Below the pieces are notes generated by a model, which was not told the DNA's origin, searched no databases, and saw only the letters and a list, made by a program, of their open reading frames with translations. Source: Octopus sinensis (lineage: Eukaryota). Taken from it: a stretch of 64,000 nucleotides of DNA. Location: NCBI RefSeq assembly GCF_006345805.1, contig NC_043018.1, forward strand, positions 23,870,001-23,934,000, read 5' to 3'. The number at the start of each line of letters is the position of its first letter. Position 1 is the first letter of the stretch. Both the position numbers and the translations under genes were made by a program. Positions 13,544-26,927 of the stretch are shown piece by piece.

Positions 13544-14269
13544 TAAGCGATTCTACCCCACGTAGCCAATGTGAAAGCCCCTGGACGAGATCGGCCGAAA
13601 TACTAGAAATAGCAGCCAAACCTCAGTCGAATCACTCCCTATTGTCCTTCCTTTAGGCTAACCTGGGGCTAAACGACAAACCCATCACCGACAAACCCCA
13701 TCGTTCAACACCCCCCACTCAGAAATACCCCACTGTCACTACCACTACCCCACTTCAGATATACATCAATCTGAAGACGTAGATGCGGGTTTCAAAATTA
13801 ATATGGGTCGCTCGTCTCTCCTGTGTTTGTGTTTTTTTTTTGTTTGTGTATGTGCTTGTATGTGTGTATGCGTTTACCTTGGAGTCTGTGCGTGTTGTCT
13901 GCAAGAATATGTAGTGTGTGTATGTGTGTGTGTGTGTATGTGTGTGTGCGTGCGTGTAAGTGATGTGTTTCTGAGTGTGTGTATGTGTGTCCGTGTGTGT
14001 GTGCGCGCGCACGTTTTAGTGTGTGTGTGCCCGTGTCCGTGTGTGTGTGTGAGCGCGTTTTAGTGTGTGTGTGTGTACATGTGTACCATCATCGTCGTCG
14101 TGGTCATCGTCATTACCACCTCCATTATCGAATCCACCGCCGGTGTCACTGTTGACGGCGTCGAATGATGATGATGATGATGATGATGACGATCATCATC
14201 ATCATCGTCATCATCATCCGTTTTCTCTTTGTCGTCGTTGTCATCGTCATCGTCATCACCACCACCACC

Positions 14270-14303
<34 letters not shown>

Positions 14304-14399
14304 CAACTACTCGACCAATGACAGCTAGGGTAACCTTTCTGGTCCCCTCGTTCCTCTCTGGTCGTGTATGGAGCATTTCCCTGATCAATATCCTATTGA

Positions 14400-15560
14400 A
14401 CAATCATGGTTCGCTTCGCCTAGGAAATGTAAATGATTGGAAACATCTTCAAATAACTATTGATCCTTTATTCCTGGCACACGGTGCCCAATATTCTGCT
14501 TAAAGCAATGATACCCAAAGTTTTATATTTCAGCGGTCACAAACAAAACTGCCCCCAATAATCTTACCTTCAGATTATTAAATTCTACAGATATTACAGA
14601 AAGTAATCAAGTCCTAACAAATAAATGAATAAACAAAACTACCAATATCAAAAAAGCAATCAACGTTCCCTCCAAAATAACACTTCACCTGTCATTAAAT
14701 GGATCACCACACATCATCAGCAGCCGTTTTTACAGATTCACATACTTCGACATTGTAGAGTTCTACCACTCGATGACTAAGTTCTACGTTAAAATCATCG
14801 ATCACGAAATCAAGATCATAGTGCATGTAACATCATTGCTTTCTTTCATCCAGATTCTATGGATAAAAGAAGAAAAAGATGACAATTCATCGTTCAACGT
14901 GCTGTAGGTAACAAAAACATATCTAAAATTTGCGAAATTATAGGTTTCTTCATATCACACACACACGCACTAAACATAAAATTCAGTGGCCTACAATAGG
15001 CCTGTATCGAGCCGATGGGCTCAGATATCACAAATAATGAAAAGACGTCAGTTAAGTATTTTTAGGGAAAATCACAGCGAAACTTTAAAAAATGAATTAT
15101 ATTTTAAATCAACAGTAGACACAATTGTAGGTATAGTTAACACCATTGATATTTCGGTAAACTTCCAAGGTAGCAGTTATCATCCTTCAAAAAGAAAAAA
15201 ACAAATGAAACTGTGTCATACATTCATAGAGGCCCTAACCATCACCTCTTTTAAGAATCTGGTCAAGAATATCAGCATCTGCTCGTCACATCTATCTTCG
15301 AATGAGACCGGACTTTTCGCCAGAAAACTGCAATGTACTATGCGACCTTTCTTCACTATAAACAACTCCACACTTAAGCAATACATCGGTATAAGAACTT
15401 TTAAAACCAGATTCTGTTATCATATACAATCTTTCTGAAGCATTGGCAGGACAGTGAATAGCTTGTTTAAATACATGTGGTCGTGAATGGCCAACAAAAA
15501 ATATGGAAAATAACATATTACGCGAAGCCATACCTTCAGAATGGATGTGCACCCCCTCCA
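14400..15560 (+). mobile_element. Highly decayed Penelope-like element RT fragment
   Basis: FRLLNS...VIKW...TYFDIVEFYHS (cf. PLE FDIxEFYPS) and YHP..KK..KNLVKNIS..LSSNE (PLE thumb/linker); many lesions. Confidence 0.7.
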
Positions 15561-16169
15561 AAAAAAGGACCATTCTGCTCTACACTGTAACAACACTGAC
15601 AGGATGCTCGGAGCTGCTCTATCTTTGTCTGCACCGTTCCATTTACCTATTACAAAGTTTTAAACTGAACAAATAAAAAATACTTCCGTCTACACACAAA
15701 GTGAGCAGCAAAATCGATTTAATCTAGCAAGATTCCATAACACCTCTCTGTCACCACCATAAATACACCGAGGAACGATGTTCACCTATCATTTGTACCC
15801 GTGTACATTTTTTTGTCATCTTCAACATGATGTGTATTCGTGTGTGTGTGTGTGTGTGTGTGGTGCATATGTGCACGAATGTGTGTGGCGTATGTGTGCA
15901 TGTGTGCGTGCGTGTTTTCATGAAAGTGGATGTCTGTTATAACCGACTTTTAGCATCACGCATCGCATCCAGAATTTCCGCAACTTGAACTCCGTACCTT
16001 TATCACATTGGTGAACTTGACATTAGGATAGTAATGAACACTAGGAAGTCATTGTGAAAGAATTACATTTTCATGGGCCAAAATGAGTTAATCCTGTGTT
16101 CGATATCTGCATGCGAGCGGGTATGAGGAAGCGCAAGTTATAATGTAAGATTGTTTATTATTTTACACC

Positions 16170-16760
16170 ATTGGAAAACAAACCTCCCCCAAAGCTTCCA
16201 AACAGGACAGAAATAACAGCTTGGCGATCTTACCCAAAATGAATAGATATATCATGGACATATTTAGGAAGGATTTAATAGCGTCTGGCTTACGAATAAC
16301 CATTAGCACCAACTTAATGATAGCCAATTTCCTTGATATAACATTAGATTAAACTGCAAACATTATCCTTATAAAAAGCCAAATGAGGAAACTATATACA
16401 ACCACAAAAATTTCAGTCATCTCCTAGCTATAATTTGGAAGCTGATAACAGGTATATGTATACGTATGATAGCCTCTGATTTATCCTTGGACGAGAACAT
16501 CTTTGATAGATCTGAACCCAATTGTAACCGGAAGCTAGCAAAAGTGGTTTCAATCTGAAGCTAATTTACATAAATAATGCCCTGCCAGCAGCATGCTAGA
16601 AGGAAAAGGAAGAGATAATCAAGTTTAATCCGTTACCAAATAACTTGAACGTTCCTATGGAAATAGTCAAGAAGTAGTAGCTCTCTTAAGGCAATATAGA
16701 AATATAAGATTTTGAAAGCCCAAAACATCAAGGTGAGATATTCGTGCCAGACAACATTGC
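16170..16760 (+). mobile_element. Second decayed Penelope-like RT fragment
   Basis: GLRITISTNLMIANFLDITLD...PYKKPNEETIY, matching the PLE NFLDVTL / PYRKPN motifs. Confidence 0.7.
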
Positions 16761-17400
16761 TTCCCAAATTCCCGCACTACAATCAAACGCATATATCTTC
16801 CTATTTGCCGACTCCAACAGAAAACATGTAACAGTCGAAACCCATTTATCTGTCCGCTCAGGAGCTCCTATCTTACCAAAGGAGTTGCACACTGCGTATC
16901 ATATAGCATCACTGAACCCTCCGAAGGAAAACACGCGGAGCTTACGCGAAGGCCAAAAGGTTCCAGGTTCGATTCTACTGAGTCGCATGTTGGCTCTGAA
17001 TGAGTGCATCAAAGATGTTTCCAGTCATGACCACATCGTCTGTATGTTAGTAGAACCAAGGGAAAATCCAAGCCTTGGGAATAAGGTCAGAAGAAAATTG
17101 TGTTGAGGGAACCTATCTGAAATTCCAAGAGACATTTTTGTCACACTGATTTTCATCGAAGATTCTGTCAAGGATACACACAACTGTGGAATACACAGCC
17201 ATTTACAGACTAATTGAATGAGATGGTAGTTTAGCTTGTAGAACAAATGAATGGTCATTGTCGAAACTGACGGAAATTTATTTTATACATATACACATAT
17301 GCATATACATATAGTATACACACGCATATATAATCACTATGTGTATATATGTATGTATATATATATATATAGACATATACATGCACGTATATATGTATGT

Positions 17401-17431
<31 letters not shown>

Positions 17432-17680
17432 CATATATAATATATATACATACATATATACATACATACACACATACATACATATAATTTTACATTCGAG
17501 TATACACCTTATAGTATCTGTTTAAAGCCTGTTCATAGTATGTGTGAGTGTGTGCGTAAGAGAAGGAGCGAGAGTGAGACAGAGAGGAAAAGAGAGAGAC
17601 AGAGACAGACAGACAGCCAGACAGATAGTCGGATAGACAGACTGACAGGCAGGCATGTAGAGATGTAGAGAGGAGAGAGT

Positions 17681-17720
<40 letters not shown>

Positions 17721-18440
17721 ATATCCATACTTATATGAGGAAGTATAGCGACATGTATGTATGTGACGTCTGAACAATGTACCCAGCCTACACCCATGGT
17801 CGTGATGCCTCCGCCACACACCTCACTACTCGAAAGGTCCTTAACTCCTTAACAGCATCGTACTTTGTGATATCGTTGCCGTAGACATCATTAACCAACT
17901 AGAAAGCTACTCTAATGGTGAAATGGGTGAAGTGTAAGGTGTGTGAGGAGAAACATTTCAAGGTAGGAGCTGAGGGCCTAGATTTTATTATGGGGGTTAA
18001 AGTAAACGATTTGAATGTTTTTGTTGTTGTTTTTTTTTACATAATAGTAACATGGGAAGCTTGTTCTCGATTTTTCCTTGCGTTTTGAAATATATATATA
18101 TATATACAGAGAGAGAAAGAGAGAGACATAGATATACATACATGTATATATATTCAGTGTATATATACACACACACACATAAACGTATATAAAGTTCGCT
18201 TATGTTTGCCGTTGATGCCGACAAATTTCTTTCGATTTGGCTGTCCTAATAGCGCAAATTAGTCAATGCTGTTGACTGTGTTTTAGTTAAAACTACTGCT
18301 TTTAAGTCTGTCCAAAGTTACCCCTCTTCAGTATTTCCAATTGACAGCGGCTAATGAGATAGAAACGCAGCGTCTGAGAATTCGGAAGCGAGCAGCACTG
18401 GACTGATACGGTGTTTTTAACCCTTTTACCATAAAAGAAT

Positions 18441-18699
18441 ATATTTTCTCGGCGGTAAACGCAGTGAATTTACTGTTAGAAGTTGAAATATGTCACAAAC
18501 ATATTTCAACTAACTCAAAGTTCGTACATACATACATACATACATACATACATACAACATACATACATACATACATAAACATATATGTTTATGTATGTAT
18601 GTATGTATGTATGTACGAACTTTGAGTTAGTTGAAATATGTTTGTGACATATTTCAACTTCTAACAGCAAATTTACTACATTTACCGTCGAGAAAATAT
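18441..18699. repeat. ~260-bp near-perfect palindrome centred on an inverted (TACA)n tract
   Basis: The arms are reverse complements with few mismatches; centre AAACATA|TATGTTT at ~18583. Confidence 0.92.
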
Positions 18700-19059
18700 G
18701 TATATATATATTAATACCATATAATAATATTATTTTTCAGTGAAATAAAGCACAGGAAATCAGAATTATAAATAGGAAATAGTGACACAACAAGGTACCA
18801 ACTTTTGGTACCTTGTTGTGCCACTAATTCCTCTTTGTATATATATGTATGTATTAAATATATATACGACGGGCTTCTTTCAGTTTCCGTCTACCAAATC
18901 CACTCACAAGAATTTGGTCAGCCCGAGGGTATAGTAGAAGACACTTGCCGAAGGTGCCACGCAGTGGGACTGAACCCGGAACCATGTGGTTAGGAAGCAA
19001 ACTACTTACCACACAGCCACTATATATAGACTGAAATTCAAAACGAAGGTTTTTACTTC

Positions 19060-20060
19060 ACTCATTAGGGAACTTTTATACGCTGACGATTGCGATCTTG
19101 TCAGTCATCCTGAAACAGGTCTGCTGTCTCTTGTATCTTGACTTGACTCGGCTTGTGATAATTTTGGCTTGACCATCAACTTGAAAAAAAACAAAAACAA
19201 TTGTAATACGTGTGGTGCTGTTTGTAACCCCACTAAAGTTTTTGTTAAGGGTAAATTACTTGAGGTTGTTGATTCGTTCACTACCTTGGAAGCTCTATAG
19301 AAAATGATGGAAATCTTGATACAGAAATACATCTGCGAATTCAAAGGGCAGCAAAAGCATTTGGTGGCTTGGAATCACGCGTTTGGTGCCAGCGACACAT
19401 AAATAAGAAAACAAAGCTGGCTCTTTACAAATCATTTGTCTTACCATCCCTGTTGTATTCTTGTAAAATATGGACTTGTTATGAAAGGCATTTTAAATTA
19501 TTAGAATAATTCCACCAAAAATGCCTTCATCGCATTTTAAACATTAAATGGAGTTCTTTTAATCCAAACACAGATATCCTTGAATCTGCAGGCATCGCCT
19601 GAATTAAAGCTATGATTTTGAGGAACCAAATGAGGTGGTGTGGCCATATTGTTGGAATGGCAGATGAACGCATGCCGAAACAGCTGTTTTATGGTGAGCT
19701 TGCAGGAGGAAACGCTATCGGCGTAAACCTAAAAAAAGGTTGAAGGATGGCATAAGGACTACTATGAAGTCACTTGGAATGAATTCAGAAAACTTAGAAA
19801 CCTTTGCTGCAGATCGAGTTGGATGGCGAACAAAAGTGTGGAGTAGAGTGAAAGCTTATGAAGAGGCCAGGATAAGGCATGTAAGATTCAAAAGAGATCT
19901 AAGGAAGAATGTTACGATCGAGAAGGTGAATGACAATGACCTTTTTTGTGAGCACAGTTTGTGACAGACCATGCCTTTCTTTTGCTGGGTTCAAATCTCA
20001 TTTGCGAACCCATGGAAAACGAACCTCCACCAACTATTCTGTCTATATGTCTGTGCACAC
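19060..20060 (+). mobile_element. Degenerate RTE (BovB/RTE-X-like) LINE 3' half
   Basis: LIRELLYADDCDLV, FGLTINLKK, LPSLLYSC..W, MRWCGHIV.M.DERMPKQLFYGEL. Confidence 0.88.
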
Positions 20061-20196
20061 CTTTGAATGCAGTGTATGCCAGAAGGTTTGAAAATCTAAC
20101 GGAGGCCTCAAAAGACATTTTAAGATCCACAAAGATCAGAACTTATCTGCAGCTCTTGGTGGTCCAAATCAGATGGCAATCTATGTGGGTGCCTTT

Positions 20197-20296
20197 NNNN
20201 NNNNNNNNNNNNNNNNNNNNNNNNNNNNNNNNNNNNNNNNNNNNNNNNNNNNNNNNNNNNNNNNNNNNNNNNNNNNNNNNNNNNNNNNNNNNNNNN
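20197..20296. other. Assembly gap (100 N)
   Basis: Run of exactly 100 N; true gap size unknown. Confidence 1.
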
Positions 20297-20598
20297 ACCG
20301 TGACCGACCAGGTTATCAGATGTTGCTACACATCGCTGGTCACAATGCGCTTCGCATTGTTTTAGCCTTCAAATGACGCCACCCCGCTGGCTAAGCGAGC
20401 AAGCCAACAGAAGAAAGAGTGAAAAAAAGTTGTGGCGTAAGGGTACAGCAGGGATCGCCACCATCCCCTGCAGGAGCATCGTGGAGCTTTAGGTGTTTTC
20501 GCTCAATAAACACTCACATGGCTCGGTCTGGGAACCGAAACCGCGTTCCTACGACCGCGAGTCCGCTGCCCTAACCACTGGACCATTGCGCCTCCACA
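20297..20598 (-). mobile_element. tRNA-derived SINE with RTE-like 3' tail
   Basis: Minus-strand head GGAGGCGCAATGGTCCAGTGGTTAGGGCAGCGG with A/B-box-like motifs; the tail resembles the RTE 3' end at 47233-47285. Confidence 0.8.
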
Positions 20599-20736
20599 CA
20601 TACATACATACATACATACATACATACAAAAATGCCCTGTTGTTGATGTTGAAATTTCAATGAAGGAGCCTTGGATTTAGGTTAGAAACCGACTCTCTCT
20701 CTATTGACAAGAAATCTTGAAATAAAACTGAACAAT

Positions 20737-20875
20737 TACATACATACAATACATACATACATACATACATACATACATACATACATACATACATAACAAC
20801 ACATACATACATACATACATATATACATACATACATACATACATACATACGTACGTACATACATACATACATACA

Positions 20876-20909
<34 letters not shown>

Positions 20910-21091
20910 CATACATACATACATACATGCATACGTACGTACATACATACATACATACATACATACATACATACATACATACATACATACATACGTACGT
21001 ACATACATACATACATACATACATACATACATACGTACGTACATACATACATACATACATACATACATACATACATACATACATACATACA

Positions 21092-21121
<30 letters not shown>
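20737..21121. repeat. (TACA)n microsatellite
   Basis: Visible directly in the sequence. Confidence 0.95.
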
Positions 21122-21122
<1 letters not shown>

Positions 21123-21940
21123 CGTTCGTTCGCTCGTTCGTTCGTTAGTTCATCCGTCGTTGTCGGCAATGACCAAGGACATCACATGGGAGAAGAAACA
21201 GGTCACGGTGTGTCAAGCAGAGGCCAATAAGTCCGATCCATGCTCGAAAGACTGAGGCAGGTTGGGCACTTGTGGACTGCTGTATTAGGCAAGGAATTGG
21301 CTCTGAACTTGAACAGTTCGCATTTACTTGTTGTTCATAGGAAGCGGTACGTCTACTGGTGCAGTTTCGTCTGGCAGGACGGCCTTACGCTTGTGTTTCC
21401 TTAAGTGTCGGAGTTGATCTCAAAGCTTTTGAGTTAGGCTTTGAATGTGTCCTTGAAGCGCCTTTTCTGTTCACATTGTGTGCGCTTGCCTTCCGTAAGT
21501 TTGTTGTAAAGAAGTTACTTGGGGAGGCATGTGTCCGGACATTCGCACAAGGTGACCTATCCACATGACTTGGACTCTCCTCAGCAGTGTGTAGATGCTT
21601 AACAGATCTGCTCGAGAAAGGACCTCCATGTCTGGGACCTTGTCTTGCCAGGAGATTTTCAATAGCTTTCTCCAGCAGTTCACGTGGAAGCGGTTTAGCT
21701 CGTTTGGCGCGATGTCCATAATTCGTCCAAGTTTCGCAGACGTAACATAGAGTATGCAGTACAACTGCATGATACACCTCCAACTTGGTGGCCAACCTAA
21801 TGCCCCCTCATTCTCCCACACTCATTCATGTAGCTGCCTGAATACTGAACTGTCGGCCTCATCATCAATGTTCACAGATCTGGAGAGTGTGCTGCCGAGG
21901 TACGTAAACTTATCAACAGTCTTCGGGCTTTCCCCTTCGA
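21122..21940 (-). mobile_element. Degenerate RTE LINE 3' end with (CGAA)n tail
   Basis: TVDKFTYLGSTLS, TKLEVYHAVVL.TL.Y.CETW, LLKISWQDKVPD.EVL, WIGHLVRM. Confidence 0.88.
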
Positions 21941-22424
21941 CATTTTTGTCACTCTGTCTAATATCAGACAATATTAAATAATCCCAATAATTATAATCTT
22001 AATTTTTTTTAATTATCCAAGATAATGAAAGGTGTCGTAATTTTCAAATTAAAAATTTTAATTAGGTAGAACAAATTTCTCAGTTATATATTTGCCCTAA
22101 ACATATGTTATCAATAACCATAATACTGATTAACTATTAATTTATTACAGGTTTTAGCAGATTTTATCCACAGAAGCAAAAATATATTCCTAATATTACC
22201 TGTTGTATTATAGAATGATGTATGTTTGTTATATAGTAAGCAAATGAGATAAATGCAATAAGGTTAAACTTATCTCCCAGTATGAGACGGACAAACAAAA
22301 AAAGGTGAAGACACACTGCCAATATGTTATACACGTACATACGCGCGCGCGCACATACATACTTTCATACAAACATATATATATATATATATATTCAAAA
22401 TAAGCAACAAGGATATCCAGAGGT

Positions 22425-22515
22425 TATGCAGTACGATCGTTTCATGCAACTCCATTTAATTGAACAGTGCAATCGTTACATCAATTTAAAATGCAGAGCA
22501 ATCTTCAGCTGCACA
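22425..22515 (-). ncRNA. Predicted type-I hammerhead ribozyme in a (TA)n-flanked short element
   Basis: Minus strand reads UGUGCAG-CUGAAGA-long stem II-GAAA-CGAUCG-UA-CUGCAUA. Stem I is 7 bp, the core is intact, stem III is the palindrome ACGAUCGU, and the cleavage triplet is GUA. Confidence 0.7.
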
Positions 22516-22864
22516 AAGAGATAGAATTTAATTAAATTAGAACAGATGGACACATTAGTATAATTATACCTAAAATCTCCAAGAAGTTAAGGAGATAGAT
22601 GAAAAAAACATGCTGTTCTTACCCTACCATAGAAGTTACATATATATATATATGCCTTGTAGGTGAGAATATTTGGGTCTCCATTAATCATTTCAGGTCA
22701 TGTGGTTACCTTAGCCAGTCAACAACAAAAACTCTTTAATTATGTTTCGCGTGGTAAGGCAGATAGAATGCTGACATCAGTTGACCGGCATTCTGATCAC
22801 GTTGCTATAATATATGTATGCGTGTGAGTTTTAAATATTATAATTAACTACGTATACGTATATA

Positions 22865-22884
22865 TGGAGATGTATCTGTGTATG

Positions 22885-22930
<46 letters not shown>

Positions 22931-23250
22931 GTGTGTTGTGTCTGTGTGTGAGTGTGTGTGTGTGTGTGTGTGTGAGTGTTGGTGTGTGTGTGTGTGTGAG
23001 TGTGTGTTGGTGTGTGTGTGAGTGTGTGTGTGTGTGTGAGTGTGTGTGTGTGTGGTGTGTGTTGTGTGTGTGTGTCTGTTAGTGTGTGTGTGGTGTGTGT
23101 GTGTGTGTGTGGTTGTGAGTGTGTGTGAGTGTGTGTGTGTGTGTGGTGTGTGAGTGTGTGGTGTGTGTGTGTGAGTGTGTGGTGTGTGTGTGTGTTGTGT
23201 TGTGTGTGTAATGTGTGTGTGTGTGGTGTTGTGTGTGTCTGTGTGTGTTT
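22865..23250. repeat. Interrupted (TG)n microsatellite
   Basis: Visible directly in the sequence. Confidence 0.95.
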
Positions 23251-23406
23251 CTGAAAGAGTTCAGATAATGTTTGTCGGGCAAAACGATGGCGGGGTTTGA
23301 CCGCTCGACCACACGGCCTTCGCATTAGCTACCCCATCCAACGTCAAAGTTTTCAATTCTACTGTTTACATAATTTTCTTTAGAAAATTCCCAACCAAGG
23401 ATGCTT

Positions 23407-23806
23407 ACTCTTTTACTTGTTTCAGTCATTTGACAGCGGCCATGCTGGAGCACCGCCTTTAGTCGAGCAAATCGACCCCAGGACTTATTCTTTGTAAGCC
23501 TAGTACTTATTCTATCGATCTCTTTTGCCGAACCATTAAGTTACGGGAACGTAAACACACCAGCATCGGTTGTCAAGCGATGTTGGGGGAACGAACACAG
23601 ACACACAAATATATGCACGCACATACATATATATACACATATATACGACGGGCTTCTTTCAGTTTCCGCCTACCAAATCTATTCACAAGGCTTTGGTCGG
23701 CCCGAGGCTATAGTAGAAGACACTTTCACAAGGTGCCACGCAGTGGGACAGAACCCGGAGCCATGTGGTTGGTAAGCAAGCTACTTAGCATACAGCCACT
23801 CCTGCC
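23407..23806 (-). mobile_element. Full-length tRNA-headed SINE with CORE-like segment and internal (TA/TG)n
   Basis: Same family as 30506-30900 (+), 28640-29030 (-), 50627-51032 (-), 56120-56540 (+) and others. Confidence 0.85.
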
Positions 23807-24055
23807 TTCACGCATAGGTTTCAAATTTTGGCACAAGGCCAGCAATTTGAGAGAAAAGGTAAGTCGATTACATTGATCCTCGTACTCGACTGGTACTTAT
23901 TTTATCGACCCTCGAAAGGATGAAAGGGAAAGTCGACCTCGGCGAAATTTGAACTCAGAACGTAAAGACGGACGAAATGTCGCTAAGAATTTATTCCGGC
24001 GTACCAGCTAACTGTCTTTGTATTCTGCAAGCATAAACATATAAAAGCGAAGTAG

Positions 24056-24298
24056 CCTGTACGTAGAGAGACCTGTACGTAGAGAGAAACCTGTACGTAG
24101 AGAGAGACCTATACGTAGAGAGAGACCTGTACGTAGAGAGAGACCTGTACGTAGAGAGAGACCTGTACGTAGAGAGAGACCTATACGTAGAGAGAGACCT
24201 GTACGTAGAGAGAGACCTGTACGTAGAGAGAGACCTGTACGTAGAGAGAGACCTATACGTAGAGAGAGACCTGTACGTAGAGAGAGACCTGTACGTAG
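24056..24298. repeat. 18-bp minisatellite (CCTGTACGTAGAGAGAGA), ~13 copies with 72-bp higher-order period
   Basis: The variant unit CCTATACG recurs at 24108, 24180 and 24252. Confidence 0.95.
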
Positions 24299-25271
24299 TC
24301 GTTCAATCTGCTAAAAATAACAGCAAAGTCTCCGTCAAATCACATCCTACCCTCTTTAGAAAATAGAGGACATTAGAAAAGTTACTCCAAAATATGTTTG
24401 AATAAAAGATGGAATGATCGTAGCTGGAACACTTTTGACAAAAGATAGGTCTGATGGATTAAGCCTAACTTGTAACTGGACAACCACGTAAAAGAGAGGA
24501 AGGAAAAACAAAAACGACCCTGATTAGTTTATCTAATGAGATTTAATGTTCTTTCAACGAATGCTATTTGTTTCCAGCCATTGTTAACTTTTGTTACATC
24601 GAACAAATAACAAATATCTAAATCTGAATAGGAATAAGAATCCTCTGATCATTCTCTTTTATTCTTCCATTCTGTTATTCCATCACTTTGTCTTATGGCA
24701 GTTTCGTTTCCTTTCATTTTTCGCGTTTCTTTGCCGATACACCAGTGGATTCGAGCAAGACGGTAGCCATAAGCTGCTAATATTTTTTTGTTTGTTTCTT
24801 TCTTTTGTTTTCTTTTTCTCTCCCTCACCACTTTTTTATTCTCCTGCTAGGATTTTCTGCCAGTGGTCTCTTCTGCTGGTGGTTTCTGCTGGTCTTTCCC
24901 GCTCGTTCTCTTATATTCGCCAGTATATGTGACGTGTCGTCTGCTGGTTGCCTCCTTTTTCTTTTCCAATACACCAGTGGATTCAAGCAGCCGACACTGG
25001 TGGACGTTTTTTTTTTCCTTTTTCGTTTTTTTTATACATGTTTTTCTGTGAAGCCGACGAATGCGGGTCTTTGCACCTCATTGAAGATAAAAGCAGAATG
25101 AACAAACTTGATGACATTGTACAGTCGACAATAGCACAATCTGTGCCCCCTACGGAATAGGTTTAAATATCAATAAATATTCATTGTCGTCTCAAATAAC
25201 AAGGAATTAGAAAGCCGTCGACATAATACTTTCCGCTTTTACGCATATACTGGCGCACGTACACACACACA

Positions 25272-25302
<31 letters not shown>

Positions 25303-26868
25303 TCGCATACATACACACTCACAGACACACACACACACTATCTCCCTTTCTCTTTCTTCCTTTCTTTCTCTCTCTCTCTCTCTCTCTCTCTTTAGATCAA
25401 GGTAACACACGCATATATACAGGCGCACACACACACATACATACATACATACATACATACATACATACATACACAGACACATACATGCTCACGCGCGTGC
25501 GCGCTAAACCTCCACCCCCACCACACCGTCTGTCCAATCCTCCCCCCACACACACTCCTCCGCCACCATCAGGCGATCTGCTTCACTCTATCGCATTATT
25601 ATCATTATGATGATAATTAAAATATTTAAAAAATATTTATTTACGTTGGAAAGGATTATTTAAGCCTGAACATCTCCCCTTACTTATCACGTCTCAAATA
25701 CCTCTTCATCAATCGTTCGTCTTCCCTGCTTTCACCCCTTCCACTCTTTCTTCACTCTCACCTCTCCTCACTCCTACCTTCCTTATTTATCTTCTTATCG
25801 TTGTTTAATCTTTGTTTCTCTAGTTTCTCCTCCTCCTCTTCCTCCTCCTTTCCCTCTCCTGCGTCTTACAACTATCTACTTCCCCTCCTCCACCTCCCTC
25901 ATTGTTCAGACTTTTCCTCTTTTTTTTCTTCTGTTCTTTTGTTTTTTCTTTTCTTTTTGAACTTTCAATTTTGTTGGGTTTTTTTTCTTCTTGTTTTTTT
26001 TAACATGGATTTTATTTGTTTATTTATTTATCTATTTGTTTAATTCATGTCACTCATTACTTACACAAACTTCTCCCACCATCACCACTAGCCAAACCCT
26101 TTTTTGCCTTCTCCTTGTCCTCCCCCTCCTCCTCCTCCTCTTATTCCTAAATGAAGGGGAGATAAATGAAGGAAGATGCTTACCAACCACGTGATTCTGG
26201 GTTCAGTCCTTCCGCGTGGCACCTTGGGCAAAATGTCTTCTACTATTGCTCCGAGCTGAGTGGATTTGGTAGACATAAAAGAAGCTACATAAAAAGTGTA
26301 TATACATTTGCGTATATACATTTGTGTATATACGTATGTGTGGGATCTTTTCTGCTTGGTTGCACCTGTGGGAATTTTAAAGTTCCTTGAAAATTTTAAA
26401 ATCTGGTTGTTTTGATGTAATTTTCTACGCTGAATCTTTTTTTATTTTTTGAAATTTTCAGAAAATTTTTGTGGATTTGTATTTTACACTCGAGAATTCA
26501 TACGATTATTCAAATACACATGGTGTGTGATTTAAGGACTATTTAGCTATTAGTTTTAGCACATCTCACGACCACCTCATACCTCATGTGTTTTAAGCAT
26601 ATGACCACGTGGGTAAGCAGCTTCGTAACAGCTTGGTTTGTTATTATGGAAATAACCACTTATATGTTTGTAGCTTTCGATTGGCTAAAATTACCCGAAA
26701 TTTGCATATTTTAAAAATTATTAACTCTTTATTTATTGACTTATGACGACAATGAATTTCCTGTCAATGATTACCATACAAAACAACACCAATACACCAA
26801 ATACGAAACCAATTGGAACAAAAACTGAAGAAATTGCAAAGTAGCAGCGAAATAGAAAAGATCCTCTG

Positions 26869-26927
<59 letters not shown>

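Noticed and set aside
14318-14503. ORF MTARVTFLVPSFLSGRVW..., faintly resembling the vertebrate PRDM12 N-terminal SFLYGRW motif
   Set aside because: Only a 5/6-residue match, no phase-1 donor found, runs into a Penelope relic, and lies 20 kb away across an assembly gap.
24056-24298. CRISPR-like appearance of regular repeats (also 130-235, 39350-39565, 45343-45830)
   Set aside because: Contiguous tandem units with no unique spacers, no cas genes, eukaryotic context.
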